A stretch of DNA of 64,000 bases from a virus, in the IMG/VR virus record IMGVR_UViG_3300027749_000093, positions 1-64,000 of that record; one strand, written 5' to 3'. The notes beneath the pieces were generated by a model. That model ran no database searches. It was not told the DNA's origin and worked only from the letters and a program-made list of their open reading frames with translations. Each line of letters begins with the position of its first letter. The stretch's first letter is position 1. A program made the translations under genes and the position numbers. Shown here piece after piece: positions 18,411-29,600 of this stretch.

Positions 18411-19088
18411 ATGGGATGGAATATAAATACTATTTATAATTTTTTAAATTATATGGTTAGGAAGGAAAGAGGTGCTTTTATCTCTCCTGAAGAAGCATCT
18501 ACTGCCCTAGATAGTGCGCAAATGGAATTATATGAAGGGTATTTTAAAATTTATGGTATTAACCAACAGGTACACGATAGCCTTTCTCCATTTAAAGTTA
18601 GATTGCAATTTACATCTGCATCTAATGGTATAGTTACACAACCTAATGATTATCAACATTTATTAGGTGGTGTTTTTACAGTTTCAGGAAGTACAATTTG
18701 CCCATTAAGATTTATAAGCGAAGACGAATTACCTGATGCGCTTACAAATCAATTAAGACCCGTTAATATAAATAGTCCTGTTGCTTTAGATACACCTAAT
18801 GGTTTTCAAATATATCCACAAGTAACACAAATAGGATTTTATACTTATATGCGCAGACCTGCAGTACCAATTTTAGGGTATGTTCCGCAAGCACCGGGCA
18901 GTAGAACATTAGTATATAATCCAACACAATATAATGCTATAACAAATCCAACAGGAAGCCAACAAATAGAATTTTTAGATGCTTATATTAATAATATTAT
19001 GGCTAGGGCATTAAAGTTCTTAGGTGTAAACATGGATGAACAAAGTATCGTAGCATTTGCAGAATCACAAACTCAACAAACAGTATAA
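18411..19088 (+). CDS. Virion structural protein (putative tail ring/adaptor)
   Basis: Position before nozzle gene; P.DY, Y.R.P..P pattern. Confidence 0.6.
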   Translation: MGWNINTIYNFLNYMVRKERGAFISPEEASTALDSAQMELYEGYFKIYGINQQVHDSLSPFKVRLQFTSASNGIVTQPNDYQHLLGGVFTVSGSTICPLRFISEDELPDALTNQLRPVNINSPVALDTPNGFQIYPQVTQIGFYTYMRRPAVPILGYVPQAPGSRTLVYNPTQYNAITNPTGSQQIEFLDAYINNIMARALKFLGVNMDEQSIVAFAESQTQQTV

Positions 19089-19723
19089 TGCCAAATATAA
19101 CTAAGAGATTATTATCCGACCAACTGTTATTTAAATTAGATGGCAGTTTTCCTGAAGTATCTATGGCTGTTCAAAAGCAAGATGTTTGGAAAGCAATAGA
19201 ACAATGGATTAATTCAAAGTTTAAGTTAAAGCACTTTCAAGAAACACTTCCAACGGGTGAAACAATTCCTGAAGGCGCATCATTAGCAACTTACACAAGT
19301 ATAGCAGTTACCGCAGCAGGTAATAAGTCTATTTGTACTTTGCCTGTTATGCCAATATCATTACCTAGAAATATGGGTGTTTATGATATTAATGATGGTA
19401 ATGGTTATAGTTTTATTCCTCTTCAAAAAGGACAAATAAATCTTTTAGGACAAGAGTTTTTAGCAAATACTTTATTAGGACAAATATGCTATGAAATAGC
19501 AGGCAGAAATGTAACATTTTCGCAAGACATTACTTTATTGAAAATGGATACAGTAAATATGGACTTAATGGTATTTGATATGTCTAAATATAGTGAAACC
19601 GATATATTGCCATTACCATCTGATATGGAACAACAATTATTAGATGATTTATATAAGATGTTTGCGCCAATTCAACCTGAACCTGCAACTGTTAGCAACT
19701 ATCCTGTAAATTTACAAAAATAA
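19088..19723 (+). CDS. Virion structural protein (putative tail ring)
   Basis: Synteny and size. Confidence 0.55.
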   Translation: MPNITKRLLSDQLLFKLDGSFPEVSMAVQKQDVWKAIEQWINSKFKLKHFQETLPTGETIPEGASLATYTSIAVTAAGNKSICTLPVMPISLPRNMGVYDINDGNGYSFIPLQKGQINLLGQEFLANTLLGQICYEIAGRNVTFSQDITLLKMDTVNMDLMVFDMSKYSETDILPLPSDMEQQLLDDLYKMFAPIQPEPATVSNYPVNLQK

Positions 19724-19727
19724 TAAA

Positions 19728-20507
19728 ATGACAGCTACATCGTTAGATTCAATAGTAAGAACAGCATTGATGAAAAAAGGTTACCCTTTACATCAATACG
19801 TTCAGTTTTTAATATATGCAAGAGAATGCTTGCAAGAACTTACAATGGATGATTTAAAAATATTTAATACAAAATTACTTCCCATAGATGCGTTTAATGC
19901 AATTGAATTGCCTAATGATTATCAAGATTATGTAATGGTAGGTGTTATGTCAAATCAAGGTATTAGACCTTTAGTAGAAAGTAGAAGATTAAATGTATTA
20001 AATAATTATAATACAGACTTAGAACAAGTTAAATGGACTTCTGATAACCAAACAGATACTCAAAATCAAAGTTTGCTTTATTATGGGGCATTCCCTTATT
20101 CACAATGGTATACGGTAAGATATAATGCTTATGGTGAAAATTTAGGTCGTTCATATGGTTCTAGAAGTGGATATGCAGATACATTTATAGTAGTAAAAGA
20201 AAGAAATCAAATACAACTTAATGAAAAAATGGGTGGATTTGATTATATTTATTTACAATATATGTCAGATGGTAGTGATAGTGGAAGTGCAACAATGATT
20301 GACCCGTATGCACAAATGACTATTCAAACATATTGCAATTGGATGCATAAAGAAAATAATAGAACTTATAATGAAGGTGAAAGGGCTAGAGCAAAACAAG
20401 AATACATTCAACAAAGACAAATAATGAGGGCTAGAAAATCAGACCTTACATTACCTACACTTAAACGAATTATTCAACGTACCTCTATTGCTTCTCCTAA
20501 AAATTAA
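19728..20507 (+). CDS. Virion structural protein (putative tail ring/tubular protein A-like)
   Basis: LP.DY..YV, L.Y.SDG; synteny. Confidence 0.6.
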   Translation: MTATSLDSIVRTALMKKGYPLHQYVQFLIYARECLQELTMDDLKIFNTKLLPIDAFNAIELPNDYQDYVMVGVMSNQGIRPLVESRRLNVLNNYNTDLEQVKWTSDNQTDTQNQSLLYYGAFPYSQWYTVRYNAYGENLGRSYGSRSGYADTFIVVKERNQIQLNEKMGGFDYIYLQYMSDGSDSGSATMIDPYAQMTIQTYCNWMHKENNRTYNEGERARAKQEYIQQRQIMRARKSDLTLPTLKRIIQRTSIASPKN

Positions 20508-20518
20508 TATAAGAACAA

Positions 20519-23500
20519 ATGGTAACTCAAAAACAGGTAAGGTTAGCAGGGATGAACTCAGACGATAACTTAGAGTTATTAGCTGAAGGCGATTATTTGA
20601 ATTTAATGAATGGCAGAATTGGTTTTAGTGAATATGGTAAGTCATTAAGAATAGAAAACATCCCCGGAACAACTGCCCTTACTAATAATAAATATCCTCC
20701 TTATGGAACAAATAAATGTATTGGTAGTTGCATAGATATTGAAGGGCAAAGACTAATATGGTTTATTTATAATACCTCAAACGACCACGGAATTTATTGT
20801 TATGATTTTAGAGACAAGCAAATCTATGCGGTATTGTATGATACTCAAATAATAGATACTTACAATTCAGGATTAGGTTTTGATAAAGATTTTAGAATAG
20901 ATAGAAACTGTAAGGTTGACCAAGGATTACTTTATTGGACAGATAATAAAAATGAACCTAAGAAAATTAATATTGACTCAGGTATAAAACTAAATCAACC
21001 TTCTTACGTTACAAAAGCAAGGGCTTACACTACATTACAAGATTCATATGAGATAACTGTAATTCGCAGACCTCCTACATATGCACCTGTAATAGAAAAA
21101 AAATATAAATCAACTTATGCCAATAACTTTATAAGCAAGCATTCTTGGCAATTTTCTTGGCAGTATATTTACTTTGATGGGGAAATATCTGTATTAGGAG
21201 AATATAGTCGTGCATCAATGCTTAATTTAGTTTATATAGTTTCAGGAACAGTTACTGCAGAAAATTATAATTATATTCAATGCGATTTGCCATTAGCAGA
21301 AAAAATACCACAAACAGCTAGAATTATTAGGTTAATTGCTAAAAATCAAGATACAGGTGTTGCTAGTGTTGTAAAAACATTTGACAAACTTATAAGTGAA
21401 GCACCTTTTATTGCACATAACGCAGGAACAAATAAACTTACATTTGATTATTATGGGGATTTAATTGGTGAAACAATTGATGCAGCAGATACTGTAAAAC
21501 CATACGATTCAGTTCCATTATTATCAAAAACGGCAGAAACAGCAGTTAATAGGTTATTTTTAGGTAATAACTTATCGGGTTATGATACACCTACAAAAAC
21601 TTCTTTGTCTGTATCACAAATACTAGCAAACTCTAGTACTTATCATAGATTTTTTAAAGCTGAATCATCTTATCAAGTAGGTATTGTATTTTATGACAAA
21701 GCAAGGAGAAAATGTGGAGTAACTACATTAAATGATGGTTTATTTACAACAGATAAAAAAACATATCCTGCTGCATCAGATTGTACTTTTTGGGATGTAA
21801 CTATTCAACAAGCAGATATAAATGATGCAACAGGAAATACAAACGGTAAAGATGGTATAGTATATGTAAATTATACAAGTTGTCAAGGTTCATCAACTTT
21901 GTTACAATATACATTTGCTGATACATTTTATAATCAACTTTGTTTACACCCTGCAGATGTAATGTCAATTCAATTGTCATATTTTAAAAATGACATTCAA
22001 ATGTTAGCTATTTCTACTGCTACAAATAATAGTATTTCATGTGATAATGGAGGTTTGACACAAACATATACAGTTAATTGGCAATTAAGCAATGCAAACC
22101 CATCATTAGAAATACCTATTTGGGCATATTATTATTCAATAGTTAGAACAAAAAATTTAAAGACAAGATACTTTATAGATTCTTTAAGTAATGACAATAA
22201 ATATGCTACTAAAGTAATTACGGCAGGCGTAGTTACTTATAATTATAGTCCAACATTTGCAACAGGTGCAATTTATTTAGCTATTGATACAACACCATTA
22301 ATAAATTCAGGTTTAGGTTATGTATACAACGAAGGAGATATGTGTGTATTACTTCGTTCAACAGGAGGTAAAAGATATGAAGTACCTGTAGTTGGAACTG
22401 ATGGAATTTATATTTTGGTTAGTTTAACAAATCAATTTAATATTGATAATGCTAGTTTATCAGGTACTTACTTTACTTATGAAATTTATACTCCTTATAC
22501 AAGAAGTGAAAATGAACCTTATTATGAAGTAGGTAATATTTATCCTGTAACAAACCCAACTCTTTCAAATAGACAGTATTCTACCCTTACAGGAAGTTTA
22601 ATAGGAGATATTTTTGCATTTCAAAGACTTTATATAGGCACTTATTATTGGGTAGAGGCAATGTCGCCAAGTGACTTATTTTATCAAAATTGGTTTACAG
22701 ATGGTGGTTTTATAAATTTTGTTACTTTATTGGGGCAAACTCAAAATAACCATGAAATAAGGTACTCTAATGTATTTACCCCCGGTACAAGTAATAACGG
22801 ACTTAGCACATTTGAAGCCCTAAATTTCAAGACTGTTCCACTAGGTACAGGTAATATACAAAAGTTACAATTAGCTTCTAAAACAGAGGAACAGGGGGTA
22901 ATAATGCTATCTATTGATGCATTCCAAACTGTATCATGTTACTTAGGTGAAGTTCAGGTAATTGGTTCTTCAAAAAATGCATTCTTGGCACAAGATTCTG
23001 CCGTAATAGGAACAATGAATGTGCTAAAAGGAATGTATGGTACAACTCATCCTGAAACAGTAATAGAATACTTAGGTAATGTATTTTGGTATGATTTGAA
23101 TAATGGCGCAATAGTTCAATATAGTGCAAATGGATTATACCCTGTTAGTTCATTTAAAATGGTTAATTTCTTTAGTAATTATGCTAAAGATTATACAAAT
23201 ACAAGTTCTGCTACTCTTGATTCGCTTAATGGGTTTCATCATATACCAACAGCAATAAATCCATTTACAAAAAGATTTCAAGTAACAACACCTGCATTAA
23301 TAGCAACAAATACTGCAGCCGTACTACCTAGTTATGATGGAGTAACACCTGATTATGCTAGTTCTATTATTAATAGGTTCAATCCATATACTAAATTATC
23401 GCAAACAGTATGTCTTGATATCATAGAAAATAGATGGAAAGAAGTATTTGAATACGCAGGAGAATGGTATGATTATTTTGAAAATCAAATGATTGGTTTT

Positions 23501-23944
23501 AAAAATGGTGCAATATATACTCACGAAACAAATACAACCAATTTAAATACATTCTACGGAACTCAGTATCCTATTAGATATTGCCTTACCCCTAACCAAC
23601 CATTATCATCAATAAAAGATGTAGTTGGAATAACAGTAGAAGGAAGTGTAATACCTGATTATTCTGTATGCTATAGTGTATACCCTTGGGAACAAATAAC
23701 AGATTTAATAAATGAAGATTTTAGAAACCAAGAAGGGGTAATGTACTCATCATTATTTAGGGATAGACTTTCTCCAAACACAACAGGAACAGCAATTAAT
23801 AAATTATATTACGGAGACATAGTTAAATCAAAAACACCATTAATTATGGTAGAGTTCCAACAATATACTAACTTAGTGTATATTTCATTTATTGATATAG
23901 ATTTTGCAGAAAGTTATGGTCAAACCAAAATATTAACAAAATAA
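20519..23944 (+). CDS. Tail nozzle/stabilisation protein (P22 gp10-like)
   Basis: GMNSD.......GDY...N.R start; LYWTD..NEP.KIN; NRL.LGN; YQVGIV.YD..R; 1141 aa. Confidence 0.75.
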   Translation: MVTQKQVRLAGMNSDDNLELLAEGDYLNLMNGRIGFSEYGKSLRIENIPGTTALTNNKYPPYGTNKCIGSCIDIEGQRLIWFIYNTSNDHGIYCYDFRDKQIYAVLYDTQIIDTYNSGLGFDKDFRIDRNCKVDQGLLYWTDNKNEPKKINIDSGIKLNQPSYVTKARAYTTLQDSYEITVIRRPPTYAPVIEKKYKSTYANNFISKHSWQFSWQYIYFDGEISVLGEYSRASMLNLVYIVSGTVTAENYNYIQCDLPLAEKIPQTARIIRLIAKNQDTGVASVVKTFDKLISEAPFIAHNAGTNKLTFDYYGDLIGETIDAADTVKPYDSVPLLSKTAETAVNRLFLGNNLSGYDTPTKTSLSVSQILANSSTYHRFFKAESSYQVGIVFYDKARRKCGVTTLNDGLFTTDKKTYPAASDCTFWDVTIQQADINDATGNTNGKDGIVYVNYTSCQGSSTLLQYTFADTFYNQLCLHPADVMSIQLSYFKNDIQMLAISTATNNSISCDNGGLTQTYTVNWQLSNANPSLEIPIWAYYYSIVRTKNLKTRYFIDSLSNDNKYATKVITAGVVTYNYSPTFATGAIYLAIDTTPLINSGLGYVYNEGDMCVLLRSTGGKRYEVPVVGTDGIYILVSLTNQFNIDNASLSGTYFTYEIYTPYTRSENEPYYEVGNIYPVTNPTLSNRQYSTLTGSLIGDIFAFQRLYIGTYYWVEAMSPSDLFYQNWFTDGGFINFVTLLGQTQNNHEIRYSNVFTPGTSNNGLSTFEALNFKTVPLGTGNIQKLQLASKTEEQGVIMLSIDAFQTVSCYLGEVQVIGSSKNAFLAQDSAVIGTMNVLKGMYGTTHPETVIEYLGNVFWYDLNNGAIVQYSANGLYPVSSFKMVNFFSNYAKDYTNTSSATLDSLNGFHHIPTAINPFTKRFQVTTPALIATNTAAVLPSYDGVTPDYASSIINRFNPYTKLSQTVCLDIIENRWKEVFEYAGEWYDYFENQMIGFKNGAIYTHETNTTNLNTFYGTQYPIRYCLTPNQPLSSIKDVVGITVEGSVIPDYSVCYSVYPWEQITDLINEDFRNQEGVMYSSLFRDRLSPNTTGTAINKLYYGDIVKSKTPLIMVEFQQYTNLVYISFIDIDFAESYGQTKILTK

Positions 23945-24417
23945 TGGTAAATAGCATTATACATAGGGTAAATGACGATAGAATTGACGAGTTAGAATCG
24001 ACAATGGTAAATAATTTCCCACCCGTAGAATGTCCATTAATACATAGGTTTACCAAAGGAATGTATATAAGAGAAATATTTATGCCTAAAGATTCTCTAA
24101 TAACATCTAAAATACACAATACTAACCATCCTTTTGTCGTTTCACAAGGCACAGTAGCAGTAGCAATAGATGGAGATAATTGGCAAGAAATACAAGCACC
24201 ATATACAGGAATAACACAAGCAGGAACTAGAAGAGTATTAATTATACTTGAAGATACAACTTGGATTACATTTCATCCATTGCCTTATATAACAGGTGAT
24301 GAAAATGAATTTAGTGATGATGAAAAGTTAAAATTAGTAGAGAAAATAGAAGATGAAATATTAAGCAAATACGAAAATTTGCTTTTATATAAAGAACAAG
24401 ATTTATTAAAAGATTAA
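23944..24417 (+). CDS. Cupin-fold protein
   Basis: HRF..GMY.RE..MP.......KIH...H...V..G; G..R......DT.W.T.H. Confidence 0.7.
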   Translation: MVNSIIHRVNDDRIDELESTMVNNFPPVECPLIHRFTKGMYIREIFMPKDSLITSKIHNTNHPFVVSQGTVAVAIDGDNWQEIQAPYTGITQAGTRRVLIILEDTTWITFHPLPYITGDENEFSDDEKLKLVEKIEDEILSKYENLLLYKEQDLLKD

Positions 24418-24428
24418 AATAAAATATC

Positions 24429-25061
24429 ATGAGTTTCGTAGCCATTGGAGCAGGATTAGGAGCAGCATCAGCAGGGTATAAATTATACTCAGGAATTAAA
24501 CAAGTTGGACAAGCCAATAAAATAAATCCCGTATATACCCCATATACAGCTTCTAATGCAGTAAAACAACAATTAGGAACTGTACAAAATGCGTATCAAG
24601 GTAGAATGGCAGGCGCAGTATCTGCATCAGATAGAATACTTCAATCACAAGCTAATACATTAGCAAATGCATCAAGAGGTGCTACAGATGCTTCTCAATT
24701 ACTTGCATTAGGTGCTTCTACAGAAGGTACTGCAGACCAAGCATCAGTTGATTTAGCAGCTAGAGAAGGACAAAATAAAGCAGGTATTTTAGATAATCTA
24801 CAAAATGCTTATAATAAAATGACTGAAGATGAAAGACAGGTATATCAATCAAAACTTCAGAAATATCAAATGGATACACAAGCTAAACAAGCACTAGGAC
24901 AAGCAGGTATGAGTAATATATATGGTGCAGGAAGTGACTTAGCAGGTATGGCATTACAAGGTGCGCAATTAGGAAATGTAGGAAGTTTTAAGTCAGGTTT
25001 TGGCGCAGCAAATAAAGTTGCAGGCGCAGGCAAACAACTTGGACAATTAATAGGCGGTTAA
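24429..25061 (+). CDS. Putative ejection/pilot protein
   Basis: A/G/Q-rich, hydrophobic G/A N-terminus; follows nozzle gene. Confidence 0.65.
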   Translation: MSFVAIGAGLGAASAGYKLYSGIKQVGQANKINPVYTPYTASNAVKQQLGTVQNAYQGRMAGAVSASDRILQSQANTLANASRGATDASQLLALGASTEGTADQASVDLAAREGQNKAGILDNLQNAYNKMTEDERQVYQSKLQKYQMDTQAKQALGQAGMSNIYGAGSDLAGMALQGAQLGNVGSFKSGFGAANKVAGAGKQLGQLIGG

Positions 25062-25085
25062 TAATAAAATACAAATAGTAATAAA

Positions 25086-26678
25086 ATGGCAGATGATACT
25101 CAAGGTTACGCAACAGTGTTGCCAAATCAATTTCCAAGTCCGGGGCAAGCACTTCAAGGTTTAATTCAATCTAAAGAAAGACAGCAAGAAAAACAAGCTG
25201 CTTTAGATGAAAGACAACAAGAACAAAAGCAGAAAATAGCTGCTGCCCAACAAGAACGCACTAGACAAAATGAATTATATAATTTAGCTGCCCTAAATAA
25301 ACAAACAGAAGCAAAACAATACGAAACTGCTGATGAACAGGTTAATAATTTAACTAGAAAAACATTAGCAGATATATATAACGAAGGAATAAAAGGAACA
25401 AGATTAGACCCAATGGAATTTGAGCAAATGCTAAAAGGAAAATTAGGTGATTTAGTTCAATGGAATGGAAATGTTAAAGACCAATTGAGGACTATAGGAA
25501 CACAAAGAGCAGATTTTTTTAAAGTACTTCCAAATACAGACCAAACAGGAGTAGATAGAAGAGTAACAAAAGATTTTTTACAAAATGTCGCAAATTTAGA
25601 TGAAAACGGAAATATAATATCAATTAAACCATTAAATCAAATCAAACCAAATGTAAATTATTTTGGTGCATTTGCAGACCCTAAAGTTTTAGCAGGTGTA
25701 ACTAATGATACTACACCATTGCCTGAATTTTTTGCTAAAATACCTAAAGAAAAAACATCTGAAAGTCATTTTAAAAATTTATCAGGTAATATTGATTCTA
25801 GAGGATATAATGCTATGGTTACTCCTCATTCTGAAATGTATACAAACGAATCAGGTAAAGTAGCAGTAAGACCTAAATCTGAAGTTGCAATGGTTACTGA
25901 TAATGGAGAACCTATAAGAGTAGCTTCAGAAGAACTTAAAAATTCAATGGCAGGAAATCCAAAAGTAGAAGCTGCATTCAATAAACAATGGCAAGATTAT
26001 GTACAACAACATAATTTAGAAGCTGCTACTAATCAAGACCCACACGCACTTGATGTTTTAAAAGAAAATTATAGATATAAATTAGCAGAGCAATATTTAC
26101 CACATCAAGTTAATCCAATTGAGAAACAAGTAACTCCTACAATTGTCAATAAATTAAGTATAGAAAATAGGCATAAAGAAGATGTAATAGATGATAATGC
26201 AGGAACTTTAAAATCTCATTTAGAAAATGCATTTACAAATAATCCTGTAACATTTAGGTTGCCTATAAAAGGAGGAGGAACAGGAACTCAAACATGGGGT
26301 AATTTAGGACATTCAGATATAACAACTCCATTTACTATAAAAGTAGAGGAAAAAGAACAAGATAAACAAACAATAACTAAAGTAGTTTCTTTTGATGATT
26401 ACTTTGTATCTCCTGATAATAAAATATATGGTGTTTATTATAAAAGAACACCAACAGGAGAAATATCAGATGATGTTAAACAAAAACAAGAAATACCATT
26501 AGAAAGATATGCTGAAAGATTATTTGAAAAATCTACACCACAAAAGTATAGGGCAGAAGTAGTTAAAAATAATGTAAATGAAGTATTAGGTGTAACTGAA
26601 AAACCTAAAACAAAAACAACTACTAAAGTAGCTACAAAAAAAGACAATAAAAATACAAAAACAGGAGAATTAGACTAA
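25086..26678 (+). CDS. Putative internal virion/ejection protein
   Basis: Q/E-rich coiled-coil N-terminus; synteny. Confidence 0.6.
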   Translation: MADDTQGYATVLPNQFPSPGQALQGLIQSKERQQEKQAALDERQQEQKQKIAAAQQERTRQNELYNLAALNKQTEAKQYETADEQVNNLTRKTLADIYNEGIKGTRLDPMEFEQMLKGKLGDLVQWNGNVKDQLRTIGTQRADFFKVLPNTDQTGVDRRVTKDFLQNVANLDENGNIISIKPLNQIKPNVNYFGAFADPKVLAGVTNDTTPLPEFFAKIPKEKTSESHFKNLSGNIDSRGYNAMVTPHSEMYTNESGKVAVRPKSEVAMVTDNGEPIRVASEELKNSMAGNPKVEAAFNKQWQDYVQQHNLEAATNQDPHALDVLKENYRYKLAEQYLPHQVNPIEKQVTPTIVNKLSIENRHKEDVIDDNAGTLKSHLENAFTNNPVTFRLPIKGGGTGTQTWGNLGHSDITTPFTIKVEEKEQDKQTITKVVSFDDYFVSPDNKIYGVYYKRTPTGEISDDVKQKQEIPLERYAERLFEKSTPQKYRAEVVKNNVNEVLGVTEKPKTKTTTKVATKKDNKNTKTGELD

Positions 26679-26680
26679 TA

Positions 26681-29600
26681 ATGGCAGAAGAATCAGTTCA
26701 ACCCGAAGTTCAAGATGTTAATCAAGAAGCACCTAAAACAGGTGAAATTGATAAATTATTTAATGTAGTTTCAAGTAAAGGATTATATACTAAGTCTAAA
26801 GATGAATTTATTCAAAAGTATAGTACACCTGAAAGTGTAGATAAATTATTTCAAGTTGTTTCAGATAAAGGATTATATACAAAATCTAAAGGAGATTTTT
26901 ATTCTAAATATTATCCAAATTTATCATCACAAAAAAATACAGAACAAGTTGGAGGATTAACAGCATATAGTGATTCAAGACAAAAAACAATACCTACAGA
27001 AGAAATTAAAAGACCTTCAAAACTAACAGACTATACAAGTGCGCCATTAGAAATGGTTTCTAAAGCAAAAGCAACTGAAGTTTCTAGAAAACCATCTACA
27101 CAACCTGTTAGAAAAATAGCAACAGAAGAAAAAGCAGCAGCAGAAGGAACAAGTACTAATTTACAATTACCAACAACATTAAAGGGTGGACAATTTGGAA
27201 TAGTTGCAGAACCACAACAAGAAGGAGAATTACAACAAAAATTACAAAAAAGGGAAGATGATAAACAAACTGCAATAAAAAATTCTCTTTTAAATCAAGG
27301 AATAAAACCTAATACACAACAATATTTACAAAAAGAAAGAGATTTAAATAATCAATTATCTAATGATAATTTAGTTGTAGATAAAGATAATAGTGGAGAA
27401 CCAAAATTATTTAGAAGTGAAGGGTTTGCGGAAACATTAGGTAAAACAATTTACAATAGTTTTAAAGCACCTATAGATGCATATGATGTAAATAAAATAA
27501 GCGACCCGAATCAGTTTGTTCAAAAAATGAATGAACAAACAGAAGAAGAATCATCTAAACCATCTAAAATATTGGGTAGTGGGGCTGAATTAATAGGGGG
27601 TGTAGTTAAACCTATATCATTATTAGCATTAAATGCTGTAGCAGGTGGAATGGGAACTACTGCTATGGTAGCTGAAGCATATTATAGTGCATTAGCAAAT
27701 GAAAAAAGAAAATTATATATAGCAGGAAAACAACAAGGATTAAGTGATGTAGATGCTGCAAAAAAAGCAATGGATGTTGCTACATATACGGCATTACCTG
27801 ATGCTGCTATGGCTTTTGTAATGTCAGGTGAATTAGGAAATTTACCTAAGACAGTACCTGCAGTAGCAGATAATACATTTAAAAATGCATTAATAAAATC
27901 AGGTAAAAGTGTATTAAAAATTGCAGCATTAGGTGGTGCATCTGAAATAGGTAAAATAGGTGTTGAATCATTAGGAGGATATAAGGAAACACTTCCAAAT
28001 GCTATTGGTAGAGTTTGGGGAAGTACAGCAGAGTGGGGTAAAATGGATTTAGGATTTAGAATTATAGGAGGAATAATTCCTGCAGCAGGTTATTTAAAAG
28101 CAGCAGCTAAGAATTGGTTAAAAAATGTACCCGAAGAACTAATACAATTAAAATCAGAGCAATATGGTGATGCAGGAGAAAAAATAAAACAATCAATAGC
28201 AGATTATAAAAATGCTGCATCTAATGTAGAAGGATATGTACCTGATGAACATTTAGCATCATTTGCAGGTAAAATAGAAAAATCAAATAAACTACAAGAC
28301 GATATAACACAAAAACAATTAGATAAAATAGGCAAACCTGAATTTGTTCAAAATAAAATAGATGAAGAAATATCAGATATTCAAAAGCAAATAGATGGTA
28401 TAAATAAAGAAGTAAATACAGCAGCTAAAAAAGGAGTAGAACCAAAAGAAATAGATGATGCAACAGGTATTGAAGCAGGTGTAGAACCTAAAATAAATGT
28501 AGAACCTATTAAAACTGAAACTAAACTTGAAAAACAAGCCCCTGAAGTACAGCAGCCCACAGAAACTCAAAAGCCTACAGTTGAAGCAATTACTGAAGTT
28601 AAGCCAACAACAGAAAAAACAGAAACTAAAACAATAGAAGAAGTAACTCCTGTAGTTGAAGAAGTTAAACCTACAATAGCAAAAGAAGAAGTTAAACCTG
28701 TCAAAGAAGTTTACGATAGAAATGATACTCCAATTAATATAGATGATATTGGAGAAGGATTTGTATTGCATAGAGGAGGTCAAGAAGTTTTAGATAAAGG
28801 ATTTCATTCAATAGATAAAATTGGTGCAGAAGGATATGCAGGCGATGAGGGTAAAACGACATCTTCTACAATTAAAAAAGATGCAAAAATATTAAAATTA
28901 GTAAGTGGCGATAGTGAAAACTATTCTGACAATGCAAAAGATATTGATGAATTTTATAGGATAATCGGAGAAAAGGAAAGAAAAAAAGGTTCTGAATGGG
29001 CTACAGGAGAAAATCCATCTGATATCACAACAAGGCTTTGGGATAATAAATCTGCCCAAGAAAAATTAAAAAAAGCAGGAGTTGATATTGTAATTGGAAA
29101 TACAATAGACGGAGTAGATGCCTTTGTAGTAAATAAAGATGCACTAGAGCCAATATCAAAACCTAAATCAGAAACACCTAAAGAACAAGTAAATGCAGTA
29201 GCTAAAAATAAAACTAAAAAAGTAAAGGATAATGATAATGAGCAAGTAATAGAAACTGTAAAAAGCCTATTACAAGTTATAAAATCGGCAGAAGCTAGAT
29301 TAAGCGAATACCCAAAAGAAGCATCAATGCAAATAAATGAAGCTATTGGGCTATTGAAACCATTTTTAGATTTATTACCTGAATCAGAAAAGAAAAGCCA
29401 ATTAAAACAACTTACGGGTACATACCCACAATTAGAAGGTGCTAAAGAACAATTAAAACCAAAAGAAGAAAAAACAACAGCAGATACAGTACATGATGAT
29501 TTATTAACTCATTTAGGAATAATAGAAGAACCTAAAGGTGAAACAAAACCTGCTAAAAAATATACTTCTAAAAATATAGATACAATAACAGAAGAAGGAT

